Assembly (NCBI GenBank): GCA_030141605.1
Contig: JAQGDQ010000049.1
Coordinates: forward strand, 744,001-808,000
DNA: 64,000 bases
Direction: 5' to 3'
From: Tubiluchus corallicola
Taxonomy: Eukaryota; Animalia; Priapulida
Shown here: in pieces, positions 1 through 13,079 of the stretch
Layout of the letters: the number at the start of each line of letters is the position of its first letter
How positions within the stretch are numbered: the first letter of the stretch is position 1
Position numbers and translations under genes: made by a program
Notes under the pieces: generated by a model
Databases searched by the model: none
What the model saw: only the letters and a program-made list of their open reading frames with translations
What the model was told of the DNA's origin: nothing

Positions 1-1449
1 GCTTATAAGAGTGGAAGGGGCACCACTCAAACCTCAACAAAAGGTGGATATGATCAGACAATATGTGATTCCGCGTTTGACATACCACTTCCGTATATGT
101 GAGGTTCATATGAATGGCCTCAAGGGAGCAGACAGGCTTATAAGATCAAGCCTAAAAAGTATACTTCATATGGCGACGGATGTCCCGAATGCATTCTTCT
201 ACATGCCAATGAAGAAGGGAGGGCTGGGATTTTCTTGACTTGAAAAGGATGTTCCTTTGATGAATGTCAAGATGCTCAGCCGATTGCAGGCCTCACCAGA
301 TCCGCTGGTGAACATGAGTGCATCTGCTCCAGTGTGGAATAGGGAGCTTGCGTGGGCTAAGAGGGTGGCGAGCCTCGAAGCCTACAGTAACGCAAAAGAC
401 ATAAATCGTGCAAAAAGGGATAACGATCGCAAACATCTATCGGCATTCAACGGTAAAGTGCATGGGAAGGGTTTTGCAGCCGTGTCTGCTGACCCACTGA
501 GTACCCATTACCTACGTAGCAGCACACTCCTGAGCGGGGGTGATTATATCTTGGTTCTCAAGATGATCACCAACTCTCTACCAGTTGGAGTTAACACCAC
601 GAGAGGACAACCCAATGCAATCAGGAGATGTCGCAGGTGCGGGAGACATGCAGAGAGTCAGGTTCACATACTTCAACAGTGCATAACAGTAAACAATGCC
701 ATATCACGAAGGCACAATGCACTGTGCGAGGTGCTCGCCGAAGCCTTGAAGGGGCAGGGCTTTACGGTCGTCAGGGAACCTTGGTTCGAGATCAACAGAA
801 CAAGGTACCACCCAGACATCCTGGCGACCAAAGGTGGTCATACGTACGTTATCGATCCGACCATCTCGGTAGCAGGAAACATCTACTCGCTTAGGGCCAG
901 GTGCAGGGACAAGGCCCTGAAGTACGAACCGATCCTCGATGCCGTCAAACAGCGGTGCGGCTCTGCCACTGCCTCGTCGCACGGCATCTGTGTGGGCTTT
1001 CGTGGGGAATGGGCAGGAGGAGAGAACGACGTTCTCCTGAAGACACTCGGTCTTCTGAACGTCAGAGCCAAACTAGTCCGCTCGGCGATTAGAGGCTCAT
1101 GTATGGTGTTTAGAAAGTTCCTGGGAAGGCAAAGGAGGGAGACCTAGGTCATCTCCTGCGCAGGATGTTACGACTCGAGTTCTTACATCCAAACGTGTGA
1201 AAGGTTTATACCTAGGGGAAATCCGACTACTCTATGAGTAGCCGGTGGATACCGTACCTTTACGGTATCGAAAAGGCGAGTTTTGTTGGGTCTGGAGAAA
1301 TCCAGTTCCCACGGAATTGACGGATGCCGTATCTTTACGGAAGAATTTGGAATTTGGCAAGTTTGACTCGAGTCAAAAGGCAACACACAGGTGAACAGAT
1401 CCGACGCTTGTGAAATCTGACAAAATAAAAAAATAAAAATAAAAAATAA
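1..1449 (+). mobile_element. 3' part of an R2-superfamily (R2/NeSL-like) non-LTR retrotransposon: RT thumb, CCHC knuckle, restriction-like endonuclease, 3' UTR and A-rich tail
   Basis: ORFs 11..238 and 257..1147 are in the same frame, separated by one TGA. Motifs: LKPQQK..IPRL..H, FFY...GGLG, CRRC-x7-H-x4-C, RHN, EP, PDILA, VIDPTI, KALKY. The 3' UTR runs 1148-1422 and an (A4-7T)n tail 1423-1449. Confidence 0.93.
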
Positions 1450-1665
1450 GTTAGGTTGTGGTGTTATTCTTATTGCCTTTGTTATAGTGGTTGTTATTGA
1501 TACTGTCATTGCTTTTGCGTTATTGTTGAGTTTGACTATGACAATAGTGATATTGTTGACGGTCATGGTGACAGTGATGACATTATTAGCAGTGGTGGTC
1601 ATGTTTTCAGCTGAATGACATAGCTGTGACGTTAATCAATGTCTATTACTGTTGCTGTAGTTGTT
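1450..1665. repeat. Degenerate (GTT/ATT/GTG)n trinucleotide low-complexity tract
   Basis: Triplet periodicity is visible (gttgtggtgttatt...gttgctgtagttgtt). It accounts for the spurious T/N/I-rich minus ORF 1183..1602. Confidence 0.7.
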
Positions 1666-2471
1666 ACGAGCAATCTCGTTGCTTCTACAAGTAAAAATTG
1701 AAATCAATTCGAAGTTTTCATCGGCCTAAATAAAAAGTCAATGTAAATTTGGCAAACATGCAGCTCGAATCTATGAATTTTCAGGATGATCACTACGCAA
1801 GGGAGTGTAACCACAGCTATAGGAGCGCCTTCCTGTTCGATGAAAATTGTTTCAGGAAAAGACCCGCTCTCTCAGCCGACAACTTTGTTGTTTCTTGGAG
1901 ACATTGCTACCATGGTATTTGAAACAACATCAGGTTAGCTACTCGTTTAATGATGGGTTTCCACATGGAGCTGAAGGCCTACTTTGGTCTATGTTATGCT
2001 CAGTTTATATATTGTATTATATTCTTATTATAATTTCAATTCATATTATAAGCATCGTACATGCTTATTTGTATTTAAACATTTGTAATTACAAGGCATC
2101 TTATGGTGATTTAAAAACACAAAAGGCAAGACGTCATTGTTCGTGCGAAAATAAAACTGCATCGTAGTCAGCTAATTCAGTGCGCTATTTAACTCAAGGA
2201 CGAAATAACTCGAGAAAAGTTTAAATTTTTATTATTGTGCGTACTAAGAAAAATCAGCATGTAACATTTGTTCAAAAGAGAGCATGACAATCATTAATTC
2301 CGCACATATTGAAACTAGTTTTCGTGAAGCAAAATGGTCAGCTTTGGTTGAAGGACCATGATTTCTTGGCATTGCATATTATTATTATTTTTTATTAAGT
2401 GGCTAGATTCAGCAGTTTGTTTATAATTCACTATGCCATTACAACTGATATCAAACTATTTCTCTTTATAG

Positions 2472-3680
2472 CCGCTGACGGTAGATATGACCTGTTCGTC
2501 TCCGAGTGTATCGTTCACGACGGCAGTAGCAATGGCGTCATCACACTTATCGACAATGACGGTTGTCCGCCACATCGTAAACTCATTGGACTCACCAACT
2601 ACGACAATCGACTCATAGCGGGATCGAAACTTGCTTACGCCCACTTTAAGGTTTTCAAGTTTCCAGACAAGAACAACGTTTACTTCGAGTGCAAGTGCTC
2701 TGTTTGCTTTGATGGTTGCAACAGGGTGAGTGTTGAGTATCACCTATTTATAGGTTTGCAATTTTTATATGATTTGCATTGTTGCAGGTTTACTGCTTAC
2801 TAATTTTGTCCAAAAGTTAACTCATAACTTTCGTTAACTTCATAAATAGTAATAACGTAGTTTTAGCAGTGATCAATAGTATTATGTCGTGATTACTAAA
2901 TAAAATAATAAAGATGTTGGAGACGATGACGACTATGAAAACGATGACGATGATGATTATACTATTATACTTTTTACTTCAAGCAAAATGCCCATGTCCA
3001 AATATTTACACAGTTACAGATAAAACTAAGACAAAAGTGACATAAAATAATTACAAATTGCATACTTGATGATGACGATAACGATAACAATGACGACAAC
3101 TACGGCAATGACGGCAATCATGATAACAATCACAATGTATTATAATACTGGTGGCGTAAGCTGTAGTCATTATGATAACAAATGGATGGATGATAATAAT
3201 GAATCAGAATGTTACTGTCAGTGACTAAGGAGACGATTAAAAATTTCTTGTTTATTGTTTAGCCCGTCTGCGCAGGCGTCCCCGGAAAACGTAGAAGAAG
3301 AGAAGCTAATGAAGTAGAGACAGCACCTCAACAAGGCAACAACGTCACCATGGAACTATTCAACGCAATCACTGTAGTAGTACCTCCAGATGCAAGTAAG
3401 TGTAAACTCAACACTGAGAAATAACCTCTTTAGTCTGTGAAGATTTTCACTCTTTGGAAGAAATTTAATGTTTTAATTTTTTCGTTTTTATCCGTCCATT
3501 TCTCTGAGAAAACAATAAATAAACTTATGTAACTTTTATAAACTAAACTAAACTTTTGTAAAAACTATAATCTAGTTATATATTACGTACGGTTTTCCGT
3601 GACAACGAAGCCAGTTAGAACGGCTAATGCGTAGCAACTCTTTGCATGTTTAGAATTATTTGAGCTTAGCAGCTGACTCG

Positions 3681-3727
<47 letters not shown>

Positions 3728-5463
3728 TCGTAGACAGTAATCAATGCATTCCATAATATTTTTGTTGCCATCTGAATGTAACACTTTTCTAATGAATTCA
3801 AAACAGATCTACAACCAGATTTCTAGCCAATGTAAGCAATCAGTTCTCTTAATGAGCCCTTCAACGCTTTTTCTGTGGCATGGTAGACATTGAACTTAAA
3901 CTTGATAATAAACTTTATAAAGTTATCAAAACAACAAAGGCGTCAACAATTTTTTTTCGCCTAAAGTCGTAAAACACCACGATTCAGTTTCATGTGTTTT
4001 CACTCTGACGTGGAATAACATTACAATGATATAGGCCTAAATTAACCCTTTCTTATAAGTTGTCCCTTTCCTATGCAAAGATAATTTATTGGATTTATTC
4101 GACGACGTAGAAGCATAGGCGTACGAGGGGGAGGGGTAGTAACGTGGAAGCGGTAGCCTTAAAAGAGCACACGAATTGCACATTTTCAGGGCAAACAATT
4201 CTGCACTATCAGAGCAAAGTTAAAGATTTGAATCTTAAAAAGTTGCTTACGTGGTGAACAAGCTTTTTACTGGCTGCTGTTAAAGTAATTCTAGTACAAC
4301 AAACTGTTTTTCTTAGCTTTTTAAGTTAATCATAGTACGTTCATTAATCTTCTTATTTCCTTGCATCGCTAGATTAATAAAAAGTGCTTTTTAATTTAAA
4401 ATAGTACCAGGGTGGGACGAGGGACTAAATGAGTGGTCACGGCATGCTTCAAAGGGGGACCTTTGTTGAGTAATAAACAAAAAACATCAATGATGCAACG
4501 AAAGACAACATGCTCATCGGAACGTTTAGCGTCCATTTGTCACCCATTCTGGGTCACTATGGACGTCTTAATCAGTAACGAAAATTTATTGATGTAGTAA
4601 AATAATAACAAAGCAACCCCTCATTTATGTCCTTACTTTCTCTAGCACACATTCTTAGATAATGTTAATTTGCTGATTTTCGTAATCACGCCAGGGAAAC
4701 GTTGTATGAATTTTGTATGTAAACTTAATTTGTACAAAGTATGATGGCATAGTCATTATTTTTTATTATAATTTTTTATTTCAAATCTGCTTTACGCCAT
4801 CATACCTTCGTTCCATGACGATGGATGGTGTATATGATTTGATTAAAAACTTCTTACAATAATCATTAGAAGTATATGATTCTTTTCATTATATTTTCTG
4901 TCACCGAGTGCAGGTTCCAATTTGGAACGTGTGGAAGTGTATAAAATACTTATATACTTCCTCATATTTAGAATGCATCAAATAAATTCATTGACACTAA
5001 AATAATTATTACTTACAGTACTTGCACTATGTATATTTTGCACTATTACGCAAATGCCGAGATCAAACTGATATCTCGAATTTAACACAGTAATGTATAT
5101 GCATTCTATTACAGTGTAATAATAATAATAACCTTGTTACGCTCTCTAGCGGAAAATTAAACACGTGTCGTTATTTGACTTGCAGAACCCCAAGAGGGAG
5201 AAGAAAGCAAGTTACCGAAGCCGTTTTTTGAACGTCTGCCAGTCACATACAACCGAGATGAAGACACTTGTACCAACGCTGGGTACCTCATCATTGCAGT
5301 GGTACTTCTGGGTCTCCTAGCTCTACTGTTCATGACCTTAGCTGCTTTCTTCTACCACAAGGCCACGCACAAACGCAAGGTTCAAGAAGATCTACATGAA
5401 AGCTCACTCTATTCCAGCCAGTATATGAGCAGCAGGGCTTCTACGCCACTAGCAAAGTATTAA
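2472..5463 (+). CDS. ZP-domain (cuticlin/dusky-like) single-pass membrane protein, last three exons; 5' part lies upstream of the window
   Basis: Exons 2472-2725, 3263-3395 and 5186-5463 with GT-AG boundaries. ZP-C motifs (V.EC.VHDG..LID.DGCP; AHFKVFKFPD..NVYFECKC.VC), furin-type site GKRRRR, TM helix YLIIAVVLLGLLALLFMTLAAFFY, short tail ending STPLAKY*. Confidence 0.88.
3685..3724. repeat. (GA)n microsatellite
   Basis: About 20 perfect GA units. Confidence 0.98.
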
Positions 5464-7097
5464 ATTCTCTGATGATTAAAACTAGAACCAATGTCAACTT
5501 TATACACGAGAAAATTTGTCATACATATGAACTATTCCAAAAAAACAGTTACTGAACTGTGTAATGTGCTGGTTAGGTGTTAAGCAACACACTAAACGGC
5601 ATAACTATCGTCTGCCAATAGAACCATCTAACACTATATACAATTTACTCAGCTTCTGCCACCATTGTTAATAATTGTATGTAGTGTACAAAAATGCTCA
5701 ATTAAAGTTTCAAAAGGAATTGTATATTTGTACAATGTAGATATAATTGAAGAAAGCTTTTTATTTGATTGCTTATGTAGCAAATGAGCTCCATCGCTCA
5801 CGTTTCAATGCTGCCATATATGGCATGAGATAACAAATCTATAATTCATTTTTACGTACAGATTTGTAATTAGGCAGGTCTGTTTTGTTTAGGGAAATAC
5901 CAACATCAGAAAAAGTTGGACAAGTTTTTTAGAACATTAAAAGATTCATGTGCCCAAGTTTACGGGATCTGTTACGAATGTTTGTATTCAAAACAACTTA
6001 TTGACATTGTAAACTCTTCGCAAAAGGTTATTGTGATATGTAATTAGTGTTATTTTTAACTACTTAATGGTAAAAATTTATGGTATTAATGGCTGTAATA
6101 AGCTCAAACTTTGCATACACGTATACTCGATCACTACATTTTTCAAGTAGATGTAAGAAGTATACTATAACAACTAGTACAGGATGTTTCAAAACAGGGA
6201 AAGAAAATGTTGTTCTCCTAGATTGTTTAGATTGTGTTGAGCTAAGATTGTGATTACATTTTGTGTTGAAATACTAATTTAATTGATTTGTTGTCTTACA
6301 AAATATTTTTCTCAAACTTTTGTTGTAGATATCATTTCTAGTGCAGTATGTGTATAAAACACAATGTATTCTTCAAACGGTTGTAGTTTACAAAGAACGG
6401 ATAACTATTCTAATTATTGGTTTTGCCTGATAACATTTGTTTGCGTAATTGGTTTATTTATTTATTATTTATTTTTTGGGAAAAAAGTTGACCAATACAA
6501 GCTCGGTACAAAAATTAGTTGATGCCTGTAAAATGCATTGAGCTTATGTTTGGGAAATATGTAATTCTAATCTTGTAAAAAGTATTTTTATGTAAAATCT
6601 GTTTTGATTGTGATAACATTCTTGTTAATCGATAAAAATAAAACAAAACGTGGGAAATTTTATTTTATATAACAAGCAAGTTTGTGTGTTTTGCACTTGC
6701 CAAATTTGCACAATGGTTTCAAGGCTGTGGATCAATTCATTGGCACGGAACTCAGCAAACAAACGAACAGACAAAAATAATAACAAATAGTTTTTAAACA
6801 TAATGTTCAATAATTAAGACAGCTGTAGTCAAAGTCAGCAAAACAAATAATGACAACAATCACTGATTTTATTAATGATTGCTTCAGAAAAGCATTGGTT
6901 GAGGTAGCAGCATCTGGAAATTGACAATACCTTTATGATTGCATAGCAGCAGGCTATAAGTTGCACGGTTAGTGCTATTCAAACTAGTTTTTTAATGGAT
7001 CACAACAAATTAACAAAAGAAAACCGCATTCAGATTACAACTACATTTGCCAAAGAAAGAGTTCCTGGTGATCTAGCACTTGCTGACCATCCAATTA

Positions 7098-7531
7098 GGG
7101 GCCATCCACATATAAAAATATCACGTTTATGCTAGGTAGGCGGCAGGAGACATGATAATGCCATTATAACGCAATGTAGGTAGGTGATTTAGTCATGATA
7201 TCGTTATCTGACTTCATGCTTTTTTTACATGTGCATGCCAGAATCAGTTACCACAGGTGAAAAATAACACACTGTAACTTTCCTCAGATACATGCCAGTT
7301 GAATGTGCACACTGCCTAGTGTTAACTGCCTATAGTTTCACAGAAAGGTGTAAGTGATGTTGTTGCCTGTCCTTGGGAAGAAGGAGAATAAAATGTACAA
7401 AAAACTACATGGGTGTGATATCGATATCAGTATAAAGGGTTAGTAGGGCATATGATAACGCCATTATAATGCAAGATAGGTAGGTTCTTGAAATCGGCCA
7501 AAATTTGATATCTTTATACGTCAATGGCCTC
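7098..7531. mobile_element. MITE with GGGGCCAT terminal inverted repeats (PIF/Harbinger-like)
   Basis: Left end ggggccatccacatataaaaatatca matches the reverse complement of the right end gaggccattgacgtataaagatatca. TTA-like flanks. Internal direct repeat atgataa(t/c)gccattataa(c/t)gcaa at about 7152 and 7452. Confidence 0.6.
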
Positions 7532-8603
7532 TTTATGATCAAATTTGATGATGCCTTACGTTGACACAAACAGCATTGAAAGAAATGTCAAAAAATAATA
7601 CAAGAAAAACAGTTTAAATCATTGACATTTCAGCCTGGCTTGAGACACATGCCTTGACACATAAGATCAAGAATTGCTGGCATGGCATAATAGACCAAAT
7701 AGTTTCACCTACAATAACTGATGTAATGTACAGAATTCTCAAAAAACTCACTCTTTTCAGTGTTAACTCACTCACTGACTATAAATTTCATAAATATGCG
7801 TTATTCAAAATTCATTTATCAACAAAATACCAATGAGACAGTTCACAGCCGCATAATACTTTGTACAACATCAGAAATCAGAAGTATTGTACAATACACT
7901 TAGTGCATAATTATGATCATGACGATTTGGGTGCAATAAAGTGGGATAAAATACAATTGTGTATTATTTTTCTAGAAAAAATACCGTTTCTACACTATTT
8001 TCAACAATGCAACATCTCCTGGACAATGCACCCTGGCCAGTCAGTAGTAAATATGTCACAAAGCAGTAAAATTTAACTGGCACTCAGCAAAGTGTATCCC
8101 TTTTGCTAGGAATGAATGTGGCCTTAATCGTGGACAGGGCGGGTTAGTAATTGATCAATAAGCTAATCTTCTTCCCACTTGTCGAACTTTTGCCCCAGAA
8201 CAATTTTCCAAAGTTGGCAGAAACACAAGGCCCTGGGTTGGACTGCTTTCTGATTTTCTATGACTCTAACTTCACTCTTCATGATTACGAAGTCCACATT
8301 TCATTAGCTAAAAGAATTAGTAGCAACACTGGCATAAAAATAAAAAACATAAAAATGAAAAAATAAACATACATAAAAATCTGCCTAAAAATTAAGCCAC
8401 GCAGAATGAGTAGTTTTATCAAAAAAAGCAATTAGTTTTGTTAAGATTTTACTTATATCTTTTGTAATAACAATAACAATCAAAATAATTTTGCAAACAT
8501 TTTTCGATGCCAGCTAGACAAGCAAAACAATGATGTATAAAAATAGCAAAATAAACACATTAAGCACACACTGTACAATTACTCATGCAAACAGAATACA
8601 CAG

Positions 8604-11600
8604 CTATCGTTCTAGTTGAGATTTCTGAATATTATCTGATACCCGGGTTCTCATAAACTGCATGGCTTGTGCAGGGTTGCTACTGTTAATCAATGCAGAT
8701 CCAGATACTATCATATTTGCACCCGCCTATGAACGAAAACAAGAAAACTGGTGAATTAAGTCATACATTCACCTAAAAATATGTTATAATCTCCCTCTTA
8801 GCATGTCTAGGAGCAAAAGGAGCAAAAAACATTGTTGCTGTCATAGAGTTAAAAAAAACCCAGCTCTACAGTAAAAGTGATTTAAGTAGACTAGTGTCAA
8901 CAAGAGCATTCTCTTAAAACATGTAATTTACAATAGTGATGTTTTGTGTGCTCCAAGATTTTTGCCCAATGAAATTTTAATGTATGTCACATGTATATAT
9001 TTTAATTTTTGTTGATTGTAAGTTTTGTAAATTGTAAGTTTATGTTTCATAATTAGTTTTTTACAAATTGTATTTTTAAAGCTTAAGACTACAGCTACGA
9101 GCTGAAATAAAGAACAAAATAAATAAACAATAGCTAGCACCAATGTAGGTCCTTATGCATTTTGATTTTTCTGTTGCATATATCAATTTTTTAAGTCTTC
9201 TCATATATATTGTGTCTAAGTTCCTATCCTTTTAGGTACAAGGCTGCAATATGCTTTTCAATTAATATGATACTTCACTGCCTACAGGACTGTAACCTTG
9301 AGAACTTAAAGAATAATGTCAATGAATTTTTATTTAGACTTCCAATTTCATAAGGCTTTTTACAGAGTAAAGAGATTCATCGACATTGATGTACCCACAT
9401 TATACATGTTTGGATTAACCAGTATTGTCAGTATTTCATTCTTTTTATTTCATAATCACTTATACTGATTTGGGAATTTCTTTGAAACAATCCTGTTAAA
9501 AAATGAAATGTTTACCTCAGCACATAGCTCGATATTTTCTGTGCTAACACCACCATCTACTTCAATGTCAATATCTTTAAAATTTTCGCGTAAATATTGC
9601 ACCTAGAAGCAGAATAAACAAACATTATTACATTCAAATGTGCATCACAAGCACTTTCAACCAAAGTGATTATAACATTTGTTTTTTCATATTTATTAAT
9701 ACATGCCTGTACTTGATGATTACTAATTTTTTACATAACAAGAAAAACTTTATGTGAAGAAGCAACACAATATTCTTTAGTGTAGAAAACCTCCAACTTA
9801 GATCTTAAAGCAGGTTCGGTGAAACTTTTTGCCAATTTTGCACCGATAACTCAGCTCCAGCACACTGCAACCTGGAAGTCAGCATTCCATAGCAAGGCCT
9901 ACTCAACAATGATATTTTTGGTGAAACAAAAGTCTAGCTCAAAATTAAGGCTAATCCTCTAAAATGAATCATTAACTAAACCATGAACATTTAGATGCAC
10001 GTACATACTCTCTCTATGAGATAGACAGCCTGAACCAGCATGGTGCATGAAACTTCCCAAAGAGAGTATTGAACTTAGGCAGATAAGGACCACTGATGCA
10101 AAGCACATGAAAATGGTATGTAACAAAATAAAAAACAAAGAAAAACAAAAAGTAACAATTTCTTCACTGAAAACATTAATTAACATTTACCTAATAATAA
10201 CAGCAGTAAAATAATGCAATAATAATGTGATGTAACTTATTAGTAAAGTATGGTGAAATCTTTATCACCGCAAAGGCTGTTATTTGAGCAAAACGAAAAA
10301 TTGCAGTTGCTGACTGAGTAAAATACAATCCTTCCTAATCACTAGTTTATTTATGTGAATCAATTTCTGTTAGTATAAAGTTGGCACAGATGCAAACCTG
10401 GAAGTAATCAAAAATTTCGAGACATCCTAAACAACCTACTTTTTGGCAAAACAAATCATCTTATAAGAATCTATATTGTCCACACTGTACCTTGGACATC
10501 ATATCTGCCATAAATGCTTGTCCACCGAAACCTGGCTCAACCGTCATAACTAGCACCATGTCAGCTTCTTCAACATATGGCACAACAACTTCTACTGGTG
10601 TCTTCGGCTTGATTCCCACTCCACACTGAATAAAAGTTTCAAACTATTTTATTAAGCTTATTTAAAATCTAATGTCCATCACATAAAGTGTATAAGACAT
10701 GCAGCAAACCCCATACATAACCGTCATTATTTTGTATAACTTAATTAATTAATGCCTACATCAATTTATAGATAAAAATGACATTATTTTCAAGACTGCA
10801 ACTTATAAATCAGCTTTGTATGAAAATAACATCCTGAAGACCAGTGTCTTCAAGCCAATTATAAAGCAATTTTCTGCAAAAAAAATTTGCTAATGTTTGT
10901 GTTGAACACTTGATTAATAATAAATAATCCAGAGTAACTTCGCACTGTACCATGTCCGTCTGTATGGTTTACCAATTAAGTATCATTTATATGTTGAAAC
11001 TTTTATGTTTTTAAGGCCCATGTTATATTGTTTAAACATTTGTGTTGATTAATCTTTGCTTAACATCATGTTTTTTTAATGTTTAAACACTGGTTTACCA
11101 ACACAATAAATACATTTTCAATTTTACTGACCATTTACATTTTTATTCCTTTGTGTGGTTGTACAGTTAGGGGCCCCAACGCACTGTTTGCCCGTGGTCC
11201 TATAATGCTAGACGGTCCTGTTGATCACTATAATCATTATCATAAACATGTTATTGCTAATGACTCTAAAACTAACCTGGTACTAATTATCAAGTAGACT
11301 CAGTATTTTGATTTCATCAACACTTGAATAGGGGGTTAAAGTGAATGCTGAATTTAATTTCTAGTTATAAATAATGAGTATAGCAGGCAAGAAACAGTTT
11401 TTCCATTATTATACTTAAGAAACTACACAGAACATCAAAGTGTAACTTCAGAACCTTCATTCCGGCCTCATGCACTTTCCTAATCAGTTCATGACCATCC
11501 TTGGCTGCTTCAACATGAAATGTATATTGCTGTGCACCAGCATCTGCCATGGGTTCTATCCACTAAAAACATTTTAAATACTATAATATACATGTACTTT

Positions 11601-12589
11601 CTTATCAAAAATCCATGTAAAGTGATTAATACATATAAACTCCGAAATTAAATTAGCATCATCAAAACAAAAATTTTTACTGGATTAAAAGAAGTTGTAA
11701 ATAACATGCACAGTTTCAAACAAAGAACGTGTGAATAGGTATATGAATGTAAAGTAACGAATAAGTGAATAAACAAACAAAGAAATGAGCAAATTATGGG
11801 CTTAAAACAAATGAGTAAATAAACAAACTATGAATAAATAAATAAATAATAAAACAAATACATAAAAAATGAAGAAACGTATAAAAAGTAAATAGAAAAT
11901 ATTTAAAAAGTAGATTTAATCTTGTTCGTGTAATCATGATTACATAATCACTTAACCAGAAGTCGGAATATTTTTGAAATTAATAATATTATAATTAATT
12001 TTGCAAAATGATTAAAATTGACTTTACAAAATGTCGACTCTCAAGTGAACACTGACTTACATAAAGAATTTACTCAGGTGAGTAAGAACAAACTTTTTTA
12101 ATTTTCATCTTCACCCCTTGGTCTAAAATTCGCCTCCTAAGCTGTCTATATTTATTTTTACATCAGAGCAAGAGTTCCATTATTTTGATAATTTTTACAA
12201 GGGCCTTAACATGACAAATGCCAAAAGACAGTTAACAAGTGTATCTGAAACACTACAATAAGATCAGATAAAAAGATCAGTATAACTGATTTTGTTCATT
12301 TAACAAACAGAAGTAAACATAAACAAGTACGTATATTAACACATACTTTTTCTGGCTCCGACACCATCATATGCATATCAAAAAATGCAACTGGAATTTT
12401 ACGTCTTAAGCACTTAATTACTGGATGGCCAATAGTGAGATTTGGCACAAAGTGGCCATCCATAACATCTAGATGCAGATAGTCAGCCCCAGCATCAAGA
12501 AAACGCTGCGATTCTGATGCCAAGTCAGCTAAATCAGCATTTAAAATCGACGGACCTATTAAAGCATGTACTTCCTTGGGCGCAGCCAT
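8604..12589 (-). CDS. RPE: Ribulose-phosphate 3-epimerase
   Basis: Exons 12347-12589, 11455-11562, 10491-10625, 9516-9602 and 8604-8726. Motifs [61 protein letters not shown]. Confidence 0.97.
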
Positions 12590-12769
12590 GTTGACCGTTC
12601 TGTGACCCTACGTGGTTGATCGGTTCTCATTATTTATTTTAGCATTTTTTAACAAGCATTAATAAAAACTTATTTAATAAAAGTGTACTTTAGAAATAGA
12701 GTATTCTTTAATAAAGACAATTTATTGCTTTTGATTTTAGCGCTATAATTGTCTTTTTATTTAAATTTG

Positions 12770-12817
12770 CATGGTGCTGCCACTAAACGTCCTTTTCTAA
12801 TCTAATGGTGTCTGAGA
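12770..12817 (+). promoter_or_regulatory. Putative TCT/5'TOP initiator and non-coding first exon of UBA52, in a promoter shared with RPE
   Basis: Polypyrimidine start gtccttttct at about 12789-12798, then a donor GAGA|GTAAAT at about 12818. The UBA52 ATG exon is preceded by an acceptor at 15228, so an upstream non-coding exon is required. Confidence 0.55.
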
Positions 12818-13079
12818 GTAAATTGATTAATTTATCAATAATTTTGTTGTCACTGTTATTCTAATAATAATGCTAATTACAATTCACGTGCTGGGTTTAG
12901 CAATTGTATTATTATAGACGCAGTATATTTGTTCATAAAAAGATGTTTATTATGGTTTGTAGTTTCCTACAATAGTTCTGTACTGTAGGAAAATCACATG
13001 ATTAGGTTTTAGGTTCTGATCAGTTACGTAACTACAACAAAGTACAAGGCTTTTGGTATCGTTGCTGGTGTAAATTTGA

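Noticed and set aside
236-238. In-frame TGA in the retroelement as programmed readthrough
   Set aside because: A single nonsense mutation in an inactive copy is the simpler explanation; no supporting signal.
628-1092. Overlapping alternative-frame ORFs in the retroelement
   Set aside because: Shadow ORFs of GC-richer coding sequence with no motifs.
1211-1243. Resemblance of the retroelement UTR to 28S sequence near the R2 site
   Set aside because: Short gapped match that is better explained by a local hairpin.
1183-1602. 139-aa minus ORF
   Set aside because: Artefact of the triplet low-complexity tract and the retroelement UTR.
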